A stretch of 64,000 bases of DNA from Squalus acanthias (taxonomy: Eukaryota): the NCBI GenBank assembly GCA_030390025.1, contig CM059432.1:129520001-129584000 (forward strand). The letters are read 5' to 3'. A program made the position numbers and the translations under genes. This document shows, piece by piece, positions 11,672 to 24,681 of the stretch (positions are counted from its first letter, which is position 1; the number at the start of each line of letters is the position of its first letter). The notes beneath the pieces were generated by a model. That model was given only the letters and a program-made list of their open reading frames with translations, ran no database searches and had not been told where the DNA came from.

Positions 11672-14600
11672 GTGACAGGAAGGGACAGAATGTTTAAAAA
11701 TAAGAGTGTAACAGAAAAAAAGGCCAAAACAAGAAAAAATGGTAAAAAGACAAAGTTAAAAGCTCTATATCTGAATGCACGCAGCATTCGTAACAAGATA
11801 AATGAGTTGACGGCACAAATAGATACAAATGGGTATGATCTGATCGCCATTACAGAGACGTGGTTGCAAGGCGACCAGGGCGGGGAACTGAATATTCCAG
11901 GGTATATGATAATTCGGAAGGATAGAAAGAAAGGAAAGGGAGGTGGGGTGGCTTTGTTGGTAAAAGATGGGATCAGTGCAGTGGTGAGAAGTGATATTGG
12001 CTCAGAAGATCAAGATGTAGAATCGGTTTGGGTGGAGATAAAAAATAATAAGGGGAAAAAGTCTCTGGTGGGCATAGTCTACAGGCCCCCAAACAGTAGC
12101 AATGCTGTTGGACAGAGTATAAATCAACAAATAATGGAGGCCTGTAAAAAAGGTACGGTAATAATCATGGGTGATTTTAATCTCCATATTGATTGGACAA
12201 ATCAAATTGGCCATGGTAGCCTGGAGGAGGAGTTCATCGAGTGCATCCGGGATGTTTTCCTAGAACAGTATGTAATGGAACCAACCAGGGAGCAGGCTAT
12301 CTTGGATCTGGTACTATGTAATGAGACAGAATTAATAAATGATCTCATAGTAAAGGATCCTCTAGGAAAGAGTGATCATAGCATGGGTGAATTTCAAATT
12401 CAGTTGGAGGGTGAGAAAGTTGTATCTCAAACCAGTGTCCTGATCTTAAACAAAGGCAATTATAATGGCATGAGGGCAGAACTGGCTAAAGTGGACTGGA
12501 AAAACAAATTTAAAGGTAAGAAAGTTGAAATGCAGTGGTGGACATTTAAGGAGATATTTCATAACTCTCAACAAAAATATATTCCAGTGAGAAAGAAAGA
12601 TTTTAAGAGAAGGGAGCACCATCCGTGGCTAACTAAGGAAGTAAAGGATGGTATCAAATTGAAAACGAAGGCATACAATGTTGCCAAGATTGGTGGGAGA
12701 CCAGAGGATTGGGAAATTTTTAAAAACCAGCAAAGGATGACTAAAAAAATAATAAAGAGAGAGAAGATGAATTATGAGAGTAAGCTGGCAAGAAAAATTA
12801 AAATAGATAGTAAGAGCTTCTACAGGTATATAAAAAGGAAGAGGGTAGCTAAAGTAAATGTTGGTCCCTTAGAGGATGAGACTGGGGAATTAATAATAGG
12901 GAACGGGGAAATGGCAGAGACTCTGAACAAATATTTTGTATCTGTCTTCACTGTAGAAGACACTAACAACATCCCAATAATGGATAATCAAGGGGCCACA
13001 GGGAGTGGGGAACTAAAGACAATCACTATCACTAAGGAAATAGTACTCGGTAAAATAATGGAACTAAAAGACAACAAGTCCCCTGGACCAGATGGCCTGC
13101 ATCCCAGGGTCTTAAAAGAAGTGGCTGCAGAGATAGTGGATGCATTGGTTGCAATATACCAAAATTCCCTGGACTCTGGAGAGGTCCCAGTGGATTGGAA
13201 AACCACAAATGTAACACTCCTATTTAAGAAAGGAGGGAGACAGAAAGCAGGAAACTATAGACCAGACAGCCTAACATCTGTCGTTGGGAAAATGCTGGAG
13301 TCCTTCATTAAGAAAGCAATAGCAAGGCATTTTGAAAAACATACTGCAGTCAAACAGAGTCAGCATGGTTTTAGGAAAGGGAAATCATGTTTAACAAATT
13401 TGCTAGAGTTCTTTGAGGATGTAACAAGCAGGGTGGACAAGGGTGAGCCAGTGGATGTGATGTATTTGGATTTCCAGAAGGCATTCGATAAGGTGCCACA
13501 TAAAAGGTTACTGCATAAGATAAGAGCTCACGGAGCTGGGGGTAATATATTAGCATGGATAGAGAATTGGCTAACTAACAGAAAGCAGAGAGTCAGGATA
13601 AATGGGTAATTTTCTGGTTGGCAAACGGTAACTAGTGGGGTGCCACAAGGATCAGTGCTGGGGCCCCAACTATTTACAATCTACATTAATGACTTGGATG
13701 AAGGGATCGAGTGTAATATAGCCAAGTTTGCGGATGATACAAAGATGGGTGAGAAAGCAAGTTGTGCAGAGGACTCAAAGAATCTGCAAAGGGATATAGA
13801 CAGGCTAGGTGAGTGGGCAAACATTTGGCAGATGGAGTATAATGTGGGAAAGTGTGAGGTTATCCACTTTGGCAGGAAAAATAAAAAAGCAAACTATTAT
13901 TTAAATGGAGAGAGATTACAAAATGCTACAGTTCAGAGGGACCTGGGGGTCCTTGTGCATGAAACACAAAGGGCTAGATTTTCATTGACCCGTGGAGGTA
14001 GGTTTGGAGGCGTGTGGGGGGTTAAAATTGCGAAAACTGGCGGGTGGGCACAAGCCCGCCTCCACGCAATTTTCATTAAATCGTGTCTGATGGTCCCGAC
14101 TCCGTCCCGCCTCTAAGAGGCGGGATAGGCTGTTAAGGCCCTTAACAAGCACTAAATTGCCTCTATAATGCCATTTTGAAAGGCCTTTGTGATTTTAATC
14201 CTTTTTCTACGTGAAGCACGCCTGTTCTGAACCACGAATGTGAAACCTGGCGGGAGCACATTTCGCTGGCTGGCTATGGGGATGCATATATGGATGGCTA
14301 TGTGGATGGATGCATATATGGATGGATGGGGAGGAGACATATCTGGGAGTGGTGATGTAAAAATATCTGGGAGCAGACTTAGGGCTGCTGCTCATTTTGC
14401 ATCCAGGTCCTCTCACAGCAAAGTCCAGCAGTCTCTGAAGACCTTCAATGCAGCAGCAATGATGACATCATCAGAGGCGACTTTCAGACTGAAAACACTA
14501 ATTGGTTCATGGGTTCCCACATGCTGGAACTCAATTGCCCAATTAGGTGAAAATTGCATCAATCTCCCACATCCAATTGCAGTCGGGTGGATAACATGAA

Positions 14601-15246
14601 AAGTGGATGACACGACCCCAACCCGCCCCAGTATCAAAATCCAGCCCAAAAAGTTAGCATGCAGGTACAGCAAGCAATCAAAAAGGCAAATGGAATGTTG
14701 GCCTTTATTTCAAGGGGGTTGGAGTATAAAAGCAGGGAAGTCCTGCTACAAATGTACAAGGTATTGGTGAGACCACACCTTGAGTACTGCGTACAGTTTT
14801 GGTCTCCTTATTTAAGGAAGGATATACTTGCATTGGAGGCAGTTCAGAGAAGATTCACTAAGTTAATTCCAGAGATGAGGGGTTTGACTTATGAGGAAAG
14901 GTTGAGCAGGCTGGGCCTATACTCATTGGAATTTAGAAGAATGAGAGGTGATCTTATCGAAACATATAAGATACTGAGGGGGCTCGATAGGGTAGATGCA
15001 GAGAGGATGTTTCCCCTCATGGGGAAATCTAGAACTCAGGGACACAGTCTCAGAATAAAGGGTTGCTCTTTTAGAACTGAGATGAGGAGGAACTTCTTCT
15101 CTCAGAGGGTCATAAATTTGTGGAATTCTCTGCCCCAGAGAGCTGTGGAGGCTGGGTCATTAAATACATTTAAAGTGGAGATAGACAAATTTTTGCAAGA
15201 TAAGGGAGTGAAGGGTTATGGGGAGCGGGCAGGGAAGTGGCTTTGA
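11672..15246 (+). pseudogene. CR1 ORF2 (endonuclease plus reverse transcriptase), disrupted
   Basis: LNARSI, AITETWL, GDFN, SDH, FADD; pieces 11672-13609, 13610-13970, 14648-15246. Confidence 0.93.
13971..14647. mobile_element. PIF/Harbinger-type MITE inserted in CR1 ORF2
   Basis: TIR GGGCTAGATTTT / AAAATCCAGCCC; 3-bp TSD AAA supported by the uninterrupted homologous CR1 site at 20681-20710(-). Confidence 0.9.
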
Positions 15247-15341
15247 GCCCTAGATCAGCCATGATCTGATTGAATGGCGGAGCAGGCTCGAGGGGCCAAG
15301 TGGCCTATTCCTGCTCCTATTTCTTATGTGCTTATGTTCTT

Positions 15342-15560
15342 ATGGAACTCGCTACCACAGGGAGTGGTTGAAGCGAATAGTATAGATGCATTTAAGGGGC
15401 GGTTAGATAAGCATATGAGGGAGAAGGGAATAGAGGGTTATGCTGATGGGGTTAGATGAGGAAAGACGGGAGGAGGCTCGAGTGGAGCATAAACACCAGC
15501 ATGGACTGGTTGGGCCGAATGGTCTGTTTCTGTGCCATATATCCTCTGTAATCCTATGTA
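15342..15560 (+). mobile_element. CR1 3' fragment, part 2
   Basis: WNSLPQGVVEA... continuation of 9940-10454, ATCCTATGT tail. Confidence 0.85.
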
Positions 15561-15749
15561 AAACTGTTTATTATTTACAGTCTTTGGGCAAACTAACTCC
15601 CATTCACATATTAATCACCTTCCGTCTAGGTACCTTTCTTAAACATGTGAGAATGCACCTTGCTTCAAAAACCCAACATTAAAAGCAACTCTTTTTCAAA
15701 TCCTTTCTGTTAAGAAAATGATCAACAAAATACCAAAACGTGATATCGA

Positions 15750-15955
15750 CACATGCACACTTTCAGCAGGTGTCCCTGAAGAGTGACCAAAATCTGGAAA
15801 CATTAGTTAATTTTTCCCATTTCTTACCCATGAGCAGAGGCCAATTGTAGCACTTAACTGCTCTTCCAGCATGGACAGCATGGACCAAGAATCGAAAATA
15901 GGACCTTCTCGTCCCCATGGCTTAGTACGACCTAAGATGACGGCTTTCTCCACTA
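15750..15955 (-). mobile_element. Old SINE-like repeat (same family as 7650)
   Basis: Reverse strand AGAAGGTCC...GCTACAATTGGCCTC...CCTGCTGAAAGTG. Confidence 0.4.
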
Positions 15956-18142
15956 GGTTATTTGAGGAGCGGCGCCATAAACCTTAATGTCCTTTTGTGG
16001 TTCTATTTCTGTTGAAATCCTGTTTAAACAGTCAGGGATCAGTGAGGTCTTGCTTGGAGTACAAGGAACCTGAACTACATCAGCAAAAACTAGTCATTAA
16101 CTTGTATGTTTCAGCTTCAACAGTATACATTAGCCCCATTTGATAACTTCACTAACCAGTACCCTTGATAATGTCATATGAGTACAATGAAATCAAATAA
16201 AGAAAAGACAAAAATAGAAAGACAAAAATATTAATACTTTGTGACTTTTTAAAAAAAGATACTGATTGTATTGCTAACAATGTTAACAAAAGAAAATTGA
16301 TTAAGATTAAGCTACATTACTTTTCAATATCAAAAGTTAAACTATAAACAAACAATAAAACTAACTAAGTTGTTAGACATGAGACTGTCAAATACATAGA
16401 GGAGTTGTGCAAATTGAAGTAATTTAGTCTCTTGTGTAGAAGATACAGGAGATCCTGTAAAGGCTTTAGTTAGTTCACATTGATAAAAGGAACAACATCA
16501 TGGTATATATGATACAGACAATGGGTGGGGAGAGTAGGACAGTGGAATAAGCAAACAGCGAGCAAAGATACAATAGGCCAAACTGCCTCCTTGTATGTTG
16601 CAAACCTCTTCAGTTCTATGCGCAAATGTGTTTGGATCTATGCAGACTTCAAATGAAGTCATGTCAATTTATCCAAAAGGTTGCAGTCATTCACTTGTCG
16701 CATTTTTTGAACTTAAATTAATTACTCTATAATCCCACCTTCCAAAAACTCATAAAATACACTAACGCAAAGCAGCATAGAGAAAAATACAAGTGAGAAA
16801 GAGAGATGAATGAGTTCTGGGGAAAATTACATCTCTCTGGGAATTCTTTAGGATGGAAGATCACAATATATCTTAGAAACTGGCCTATAAATGTAATCCT
16901 TAGGGCTTGCCTCAGCAACCAAAGATCTCATGTGTTGGATTTTTATCTTAGATCCTGCATTGAGTGCTGCTCCCACCAGACTCTGAGGTAGCACTGCAAA
17001 AGGTGTTTCAGGAGGCACAAGAGGCTAACCCTTGGAGAGTGGAACAAAGTAGGTGAGGAAGTGGCTGGGATGGGATCACTTTTCTACAAAAACCTAGGTT
17101 CTCAACATTGCAGACAAAGAAGTATACACAATGGCATTATGACTGGGCTTGGAGGTAGATGTGTATCCTATGTAACCTTGCTGTATCTGAATTTGGGAAC
17201 AATCTTTTAAGAGAGCTTCAATCTTTTACGAGACTGCGACACATAAATATTATGTTGATGTACAATTCAATAACCTGAGCCAATCTAGAGGTTTTCCATG
17301 AGGCGTTTGCTGGAACATAAAACATGGAATTAGAAAAGACCGTTCAGCCCATCCCATGTGGTGTCATTGCTTTACTATCCATCACATTTGTTTTGCAAAT
17401 AGACGTTTTGACAGTTGTGGTAACATTGCTGCCTTTTTTGCTTTCATTCTTATTGAATTACATCTGTTTTATTCACACAATGCAACACCACTGTACAATA
17501 TTGTTCTTTGAACAAACAATAAAGATGACAATTCAGTTATCTAGAATATTCTCACGCTGAGTACATATTGTTAGAAACCTATAGGTTTGCGCGAGTGAAA
17601 GCATTAATACCGTCAGTAAAGTGCAAAAATATAATTTCCTCCAACATCTCTCCTTTTGATGAGCAGAAACAAATTGCAGCCTTGTAGCTTGGCACACTCT
17701 TGTGTTTCTACAAGCTATATTTACAAGCTCAAAAATGCAATTGTGCTGTCTTTGTCGAAACAGGAGATAATTTGTAATATTCTTAAATTATTACATATCA
17801 AAATTCAGGCAATAGAATTGAAGCATCCATTTGTGCTGTAACATAAGGTTGCAATTTTCCCTTAGCACACAAAAGACAGAAAAATGAAATGATGCTTCAG
17901 CACACATATCACTGACGGTTGCAGAGACTACAATGCCATAGCTCCTGACTTTGGTCTGAGTGGTCAGAGTAGCATAAAATATTCTGTGCGCTGCAGTAAT
18001 ATAGATTCATTTCTTATGTTGGTTGACTTTGGTTAGTTCAAACACTTTCTGATAAACATAAATAGTAAACTTGAAAAGAATTTTAATATCCTCTAATTTT
18101 AATTGAGAATCATCCTGGTGGGTAGAACTTTTTTTTCCCCCA

Positions 18143-18387
18143 CTTGAGCTCACACTCCAGGCTGACACTCCAGTGCAGTGCTGAGCGAGTGCTGCACTGT
18201 CGGAGGTGCCGTCTTTCAGATGAGATGTAAAACGGAGGCCCTGTCTGCTCTCTCAGGTGGCCGTAAAAGATCCCATCGCACTATTTCGAAGAAGAGCAGG
18301 GGTGTTCTCCTTGGTGTCCTGGCCAATATTTATCCCTCAACCAACACCTAAAAAACAGATTATCTGGTCATTTATTTCATTGCTGTT
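18143..18387 (+). mobile_element. Partial Deu-domain SINE
   Basis: Core matches copies at 33935 and 47080. Confidence 0.85.
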
Positions 18388-18542
18388 AGAATGGCATTGG
18401 GGTCTTATATACATCATAGACTATCAAAGAAATGCACAGCTTAGGTGAATAGACATCCATGGAATGGCACCTTAGACAAATAGTTCCATACCAGTCAGTC
18501 ACTTCTTTCCAATGTCAACATCAGTAATCGGCTGAAAATGGA

Positions 18543-18832
18543 GGGGGGAATTTTCCCAGCCCTGGGGAGGCGGGTATGGAGACGGGACTGCCGGGAAAAT
18601 GGCAGAAACTGGGAGCGGGTACCAAACGCTGACAATTCATCTGTCAAAAATTTTCGATAGATGAAACGTCATACACTGATGTCCTCTGTCACCGGCTTTC
18701 CCTTAATTGGCCGGTAATAAGGTCAATCAAGGGAAAATAGCGTGGGTTGGCCAGACGTTATTGGGGGCGGGACTGAAACCTGACAACCAGCAGTCCCGCC
18801 GCCAACGCGCTCCCATTGACAAAATCCAGCCC
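18543..18832. mobile_element. Internally deleted copy of the 41-875 Harbinger-like element
   Basis: Shares both ends with 41-875; ends GGGGGGAATTTT ... AAAATCCAGCCC. Confidence 0.8.
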
Positions 18833-19889
18833 AGAGTGTCTAGATGAGAGCTTGGGTTCAAATTTGGATTTAGAAAGTCCAAAATCTAGATCGTTTAAAT
18901 ACTCAGTCTAAAATGTAATACATAGTTAGGTCAAAATGCTAGTGGTTCTTAGACATGCTCTTTAGTGTATTCAATAAGATTATAATTTTGCTTACACTAA
19001 AGGAGCGTGGATTAGACGATCTACTTCTTACTAGAAGGCCATCCACCACTGCTCCTTACTATACTATTTGGGAATAGATAGACACCTCACTAGCATACGA
19101 GTACACAATCTCCCTACTAAACTACTGCACTAAATGGCTGGATATCCCGATTGCAGATGCTGTTAATGTCAGGCATAAAATCCATGCTGGGACGTTAAAT
19201 CAACTTTGCACAGTGTTTCTGCCAGTTCTTATTGAGCATGGCTTAATCAAGCGTAATGTTCTTACCATCAAAGTAGGCAAAACACAAATAAACCAACTAT
19301 AAAAAGGGATGCGATGGCTTCAAATGCATTAAATATTGATGGTATTAATGCCCATTTGAAATAGAATTTCATACCCTCCAGTCCATTAGAAAAGTGCTCA
19401 CAGACAAACCTTCAGACAGCTGCAGTTACATATAACAGTGCTATGATTTACGTAACACTGGAAGCCATTACCAATGATTGAGGACTTTTAGGATTTATAA
19501 GCAATCTCTGATGTCTATAAATTCACCATTGTGATGAATGTATATTCTGTAGTATACTAAAGCAGCAGTAACCAATACGTAATTGGAAGAAGTGGCACCC
19601 TACCAAATAAATTAATTGACTGACAAGTCACCTTCTGCATGCATATATTAAAGACCTGAAAAGCCAGAAAATAAAAGGTGCAGTGCACGTGATTAACTCC
19701 AAAATCACAGACCCCTGAAAGTGTAAGTAATGTACATAAGACCACCTCACAGTATTCCTCCGCAATCTGGATTTTTTTTCCCAAATTTCTCCCTTGCTCC
19801 TGCAAAATGCTGGGAAATGGCTCCAAGGCAAAGAGAGCCTTCTAGAACTTCTCTCAAGTTCATGTGCGACCCTATCACCAAAGCTATTC

Positions 19890-20848
19890 AACCAGCATAG
19901 ATAGAGAGAAACTATTTCCTCTGGTGCGGGAGTCCAGAACAAGGAGGCATGACTTTAAATTGTAGCAAGTCTGTTCAGGGGTGATATCAGTCAGCACTTC
20001 TTCACGCAAAGGGGAGTAGGGATCTGGAATTCTCTTACCTCGAAAAAGCTGTTGAGGCTGGAGGTCAATTTTAGATTTCAAAACTAAGATTGATATAAGA
20101 TCATGGCTGATCTGGGGCTCAAAGCCACTTCACCGCCTGCTCCCCATAACCCTTCACTCCCTTATCTTGCAAAAATTGTCTATCTCCACCTTAAATGTAT
20201 TTAATGACCCAGCCTCCACGGCTCTCTGGGGCAGAGAATTCCACAGATTTACGACCCTCACGAGAAGAAATTCCTCCTCATCTCAGTTCTAAAAGGGCGA
20301 CCCTTTATTCTAAAACTGTGCCCCTGCATTCTAGATTTCCCCACGAGGGGAAACATCCTCTCTGCATCTACCTTGTCGTGCCCCCTCAGTATCTTATATG
20401 TTTCAATAAGATCACCTCTCATTCTTCTAAATTCCAATGAGTATAGGCCCAGCCTGCTCAACCTTTCCTCATAAGTCAACCCCCTCATCTCTGGAATTAA
20501 CCTAGTGAATCGTCTCTGAACTGCCTCCAATGCAAGTATATCCTTCCTTAAATAAGGAGACCAAAACTGTACGCAGTACTCAAGGTGGGGTCTCACCAAT
20601 ACCCTGTACAGTTGTACTCCAACCCCTTTGAAATAAAGGCCAACATTCCATTTGCCTTTTTGATTACTTGCTGTACCTGCATGCTAACTTTTTGTGTTTC
20701 ATGCACAAGGACCCCCAGGTCCCTCTGAACTGTAGCATTTTGTAATCTCGGGTAAATGGAGTTCATATACAGATTAGCCATGATCTAATTGAATGGTGGA
20801 ACAGGCTCAAGGGGTTGAATGGCCTACTCTTGTTCCTATATTCCTATC
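19890..20848. mobile_element. CR1 3' fragment (+) interrupted by a CR1 fragment (-) at about 20096-20748
   Basis: Minus piece (ORF 20258-20599) nearly identical to 14648-15265; plus piece resumes near 20749 and ends with TTCCTAT tail. Confidence 0.85.
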
Positions 20849-21362
20849 ATGGACATCACTTCTTGGGCATGGCCGTATGCTACTTTTAGACTCAGATTGT
20901 TAAGGAGCACATTTGGAGGAGGCAACACCAAGTCTAGTTTTGTGTAACTAACCAAATTTGATTGAAAAAGCTATGATCAGATATCATCTTAAAAACAATT
21001 ATCATTATGCAATTAAGTTTGGTGTCAGACTTATCACTGATTAGGTGATTTCAATGGAAACTTTTAATTTTAGGAAGGTGGACTTTGGAAGATTGAGGAA
21101 GCAGTTTAATGCAGCTGAACTAGAATAGAGTGTTAGAGAAGAAGTGCTGCACTTTTGAAAGCAAAATGCTGAGATTACAAAGTTAGTTTATACCACTGGA
21201 GAAGAAGCACAATGGGAATAAAACAAAACTTTTGAGGGCAACAAGCAAAGTAATGCAAGGGAAAAGGGCAAAAGGAGGTTGTTTCCCAAATACAGATATT
21301 CAGGTTCAGTGGTAGACAGACAGGAATATAAGGACAGGGTGAAGACTGTTAAAAACTGGTTG

Positions 21363-21538
21363 TCATGATGTGGAGATGCTGGCGTTGGACTGGGGTGGAC
21401 AAAAATGAGAAGTCGCACAACACCAGGTTATAGTCCAACAGATTTATTTAAAATTACAAGCTTTCGGAGCTGTCGCCCCTTCCTCAGGTAGAGTTACTGT
21501 GACTCTACCTGAGGAAGGGGCGACAGCTCCGAAAGCTC
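21363..21538. mobile_element. Fold-back Penelope-derived insert (family B)
   Basis: 12-bp TSD AAAAACTGGTTG (21351-21362, 21539-21550); perfect 36-bp inverted repeat 21459-21494 / 21502-21537. Confidence 0.8.
21455..21538. ncRNA. Minimal hammerhead ribozyme cores on both strands
   Basis: CTGAGGA-A-GGGGC-GACA-GCTCC-GAAAGCTY is read on each strand because of the inverted repeat. Confidence 0.6.
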
Positions 21539-24206
21539 AAAAACTGGTTGGACAGGCTAAAGCAGACAATGAGATTCAGATTGTAGAGAACATGAAAAAC
21601 ACAAAAGTCTTCTTTAAGTAAACGGGCTGTCATGGAAATCATAGATGAGAGGTGACATCAGGAAATGGCAGATATCCTGTTTAATGGAGGAAGCCACTCT
21701 TGCTCTCCCAGAGGTCAGGGTTGATATTCCAGGAATTGAGAAGGAAATTTTAAGGACAATAATAACTACCAATAAGAAAATGACAGATTCGCCAAAGGCA
21801 CTGAAAGAGGATAAAGTCCCGATGCTGGATAGCCTGCACAGAGGAGCATTTAGTGAAATGACAGACAAAATTGAGATCTTTGGAGAATCATTAGAATCAG
21901 GAGTGTAGGACATGCAAATTACCTTTACCCCGTCCAACAGTTTATAGAGTTCAGACCCAGTGGAACAAACAACTCGAGACAAAGATTTCAGGGAAAACTA
22001 TTCTTTTACTTAAAAATCAGCCAGAGGTTACAAGTAAGCACACCCAAAACTGTTACATATAGTAAAAGCTACAACCCGCACTCATTCATTCACTTATTAC
22101 AAGTAAGCACGCACGGATCTACTCATTTACTTTAAGCTCAAGCAATCATAAGCAAGCACATACATACCAACACCCACGGGTGGTCAGTTCAGCGGTGACT
22201 AGTAGTACTTCTTTAACTGGCAACTGACCAAGTTGCCCAACTTACTGCAGCAGCCCCGAGTGTCTTTTAGCAGCACTTTTTATACCTTAACACTTGGCAA
22301 CCCGCCCACAGCATTCACGTCCCAAATTGTATTAATGGTGGCCAGCAGTTGTTTGTCTCTGCTTATCATCAGTTGTCAGTCAGTCAGTGGGCCTCAAGGC
22401 CAGTTACATCCCAAAGTCTGAAGATGTTCCTGTTTTTTTGCAATGATTCCACAGTTCAATAGCTTGTTTCTACAGAACTCTCAAGGTCTGTTACTTATCT
22501 GTAAAGGACAGGTTTTTTTTTTTAATTCGTTCATGGGATGTGGGCATCGCTGGCAAGGCCAGCATTTATTGCCCATCCCTAAACAGTTGGCAGCCTTCAC
22601 AGCTTACAACCGCAGCAGTTTTATTTTCGCAAAAGTTCTCTCAGCAACCAGTCTCTTGGCCTCGCGAAGCATGCTGGTACATAAAATGTGGTCAACTTTT
22701 AAGTTTGGTCAAGTTACAGCAGAAGTTACAGCAAATGGCTTATTCTTACAGGAGTTTTACTAAAGGATTGGCGAGTAAGTAAAATAACAACCAACCACAG
22801 AAAGGAGTATCCTGGAAATTACAGGCTGATGAAACTAACATCTGTTGTGGCCTAAATGTTAACAGGCTATCTTAAAGAAGGGCATTGTGAAACACCTGGA
22901 GGAATATGAATCATCTGCCTCGTCAGTAATTATCTTACCATCTTGCAAAATGTAAAATGATGAGACATGGGAAAAGAATATACATCGGAACTACAAACTA
23001 AATGGTGTTAGTCTACAGGATACAGCACAGGAAAAAGATTTAATGGTATTGGCGGACAGATCATTCAAAATCTGTCTACACAATGTGCGGCAGCAGTAAA
23101 TAAGGCAAATAGGATTTTAGGTTGCAGCACATGGATTAGAACATAAATTACCGTTTGTGACAGAGCCTATACAGAGCATTGGCTTATTCCCATCTGGAGT
23201 AGTGTGTACAGTTCTGGTCACCCTATTAGGGGAAGGACATCATGGCACTGGAAGAGGTGCAGAAAAGGGCTACCCATCTGATACTTGAGATCAGAAACTG
23301 AGCTACAAAAGAGACTACAGAAGTCGAGTTTGTTTACACTGAAGAAAAAGAGCAAGAGGGGATCTTATTTGAGGTATTCAAGATCCAAAAGGGTAACGAC
23401 AAGGTTGATCCTGATGAGGGCACGGGATGAAGCTCAGAAAAGGGAAGACTAATGGAGCGCAGCCTTGCCAGCATCACCCAAGAACAAAAATAAAAATACT
23501 AATGTTTTATCCAGAGGGTGACGAATGTTTGGAGTGGACTGTCCAGGGAGGCAATCGAGGCTAATAACACCAGTAATTTTAAGAGGGAGCTGGCAAGGCA
23601 TTTGATGAGAAAATCAATTGAAGATATAGGTGGTGAACTGTGTGTTCTGTTTTTGAACTCTGGAGCCAACTAGATAAGACTGAAATGTTGTTTTTCAATC
23701 CTGTACATTCATATGTTCCTTTCCTTGGCTGTGGAAGTAAGTGGGATTTGTTTCCCTTTGGATGGTTAAGGCAAACCAAACTTTATAGTTAGAATACCAA
23801 GTTAGTAAAAAAACAAAATAACTCTTCCTTGTTGATTTTCTTGTTACTGGAGCTGTATCTACATGGGGTTCCTTCTGTAACTGATTCCACCAGACTGCCT
23901 CCAGTGCCTAATGTGCTGGGTTCACTTATTTTGAGTAACATCAGTTAAAGAAGCTGGGATTACACTTCTTAACTAAAGCATTCCTGCAGCTAAGTAATGA
24001 GAACCTTTTCCACACATCACTCCATCCTATACATCATATCAGCTTTATCAATTGGAACCTATTGCCGGGTAACATGGGGAAGCTGGAGAGAAAAATTGTG
24101 TCAATAACAAACTAGATTTGTATTCGATTAGGCACTTTACAACCTTCCGCCCTCAACATTGAGTTCAACATCTTCAGATCATAACCAATGCTCCCATTTT
24201 CTAGGA

Positions 24207-24389
24207 TGTGGAGATGCCGGTGTTGGACTGGGGTGGACAAATGTGAGAAGTCACACAACACCAGGTTATAGTCCAACAGCTTTATTTGAAATCACAAGCT
24301 TTCGGCGCGCTGCTCCTTCGTCAGGTGAAGTACACTTCAGAGTAGCGCTCTGAAAGCTTGTGATTTCAAATAAAGGTGTTGGACTATAA
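24207..24389. mobile_element. Fold-back Penelope-derived insert (family B) nested in family A element
   Basis: 14-bp duplication CCCATTTTCTAGGA (24193-24206, 24390-24403); inverted arms about 24266-24303 / 24352-24390; hammerhead core on minus strand 24291-24329. Confidence 0.8.
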
Positions 24390-24644
24390 CCCATTTTCTA
24401 GGACAGCAGGTGCTGGTAATGGTTCTGCTGTTGCCATTTACACCTCCTCTGGACCCAGCTTTTGTTTCTTTATTGTCCCATTACCTAAACTACCCATTGC
24501 CTTTGCACCATTATCCCTTTTGTCATTTAATCACTCCTGCCCTCCACCCTATCACAGACCTTCCCCTTTGTTCTTCTACCCTGCCCCACCCTTTTCCCTT
24601 AGCTCTGCACTTGCTTAAAAACTGTTAAATCTCTAACTTCTTCC

Positions 24645-24681
24645 AGTTCTGATGAAAGGTTGTCGACCTGAAACGTTAACT
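24645..24681 (+). ncRNA. Minimal hammerhead ribozyme motif in Penelope pLTR
   Basis: AGTT-CTGATGA-A-AGGT..ACCT-GAAACGTT-AACT: stem I, core, stem II, palindromic AACGTT in place of stem III. Confidence 0.65.

Larger units (their letters stand above)
10455..15341 (+). mobile_element. Near full-length CR1 LINE, inactivated
   Basis: Tandem 5' monomers, ORF1, ORF2 with APE endonuclease and RT, TTCTTATG tail; nonsense codon at 13607-13609 and MITE insertion at 13971. Confidence 0.95.
21060..23715 (+). mobile_element. Old degenerate CR1-like LINE interrupted by younger inserts
   Basis: Remnant motifs SLESGV, PGNYR..LTSVV, HLE.CVQFWSP with many stops; inserts at 21363-21538 and about 21904-22795. 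Confidence 0.65.

Noticed and set aside
11672..13609. Active CR1 or host gene from the 645-aa ORF
   Set aside because: Nonsense codon before the RT active site, MITE insertion and broken ORF1.
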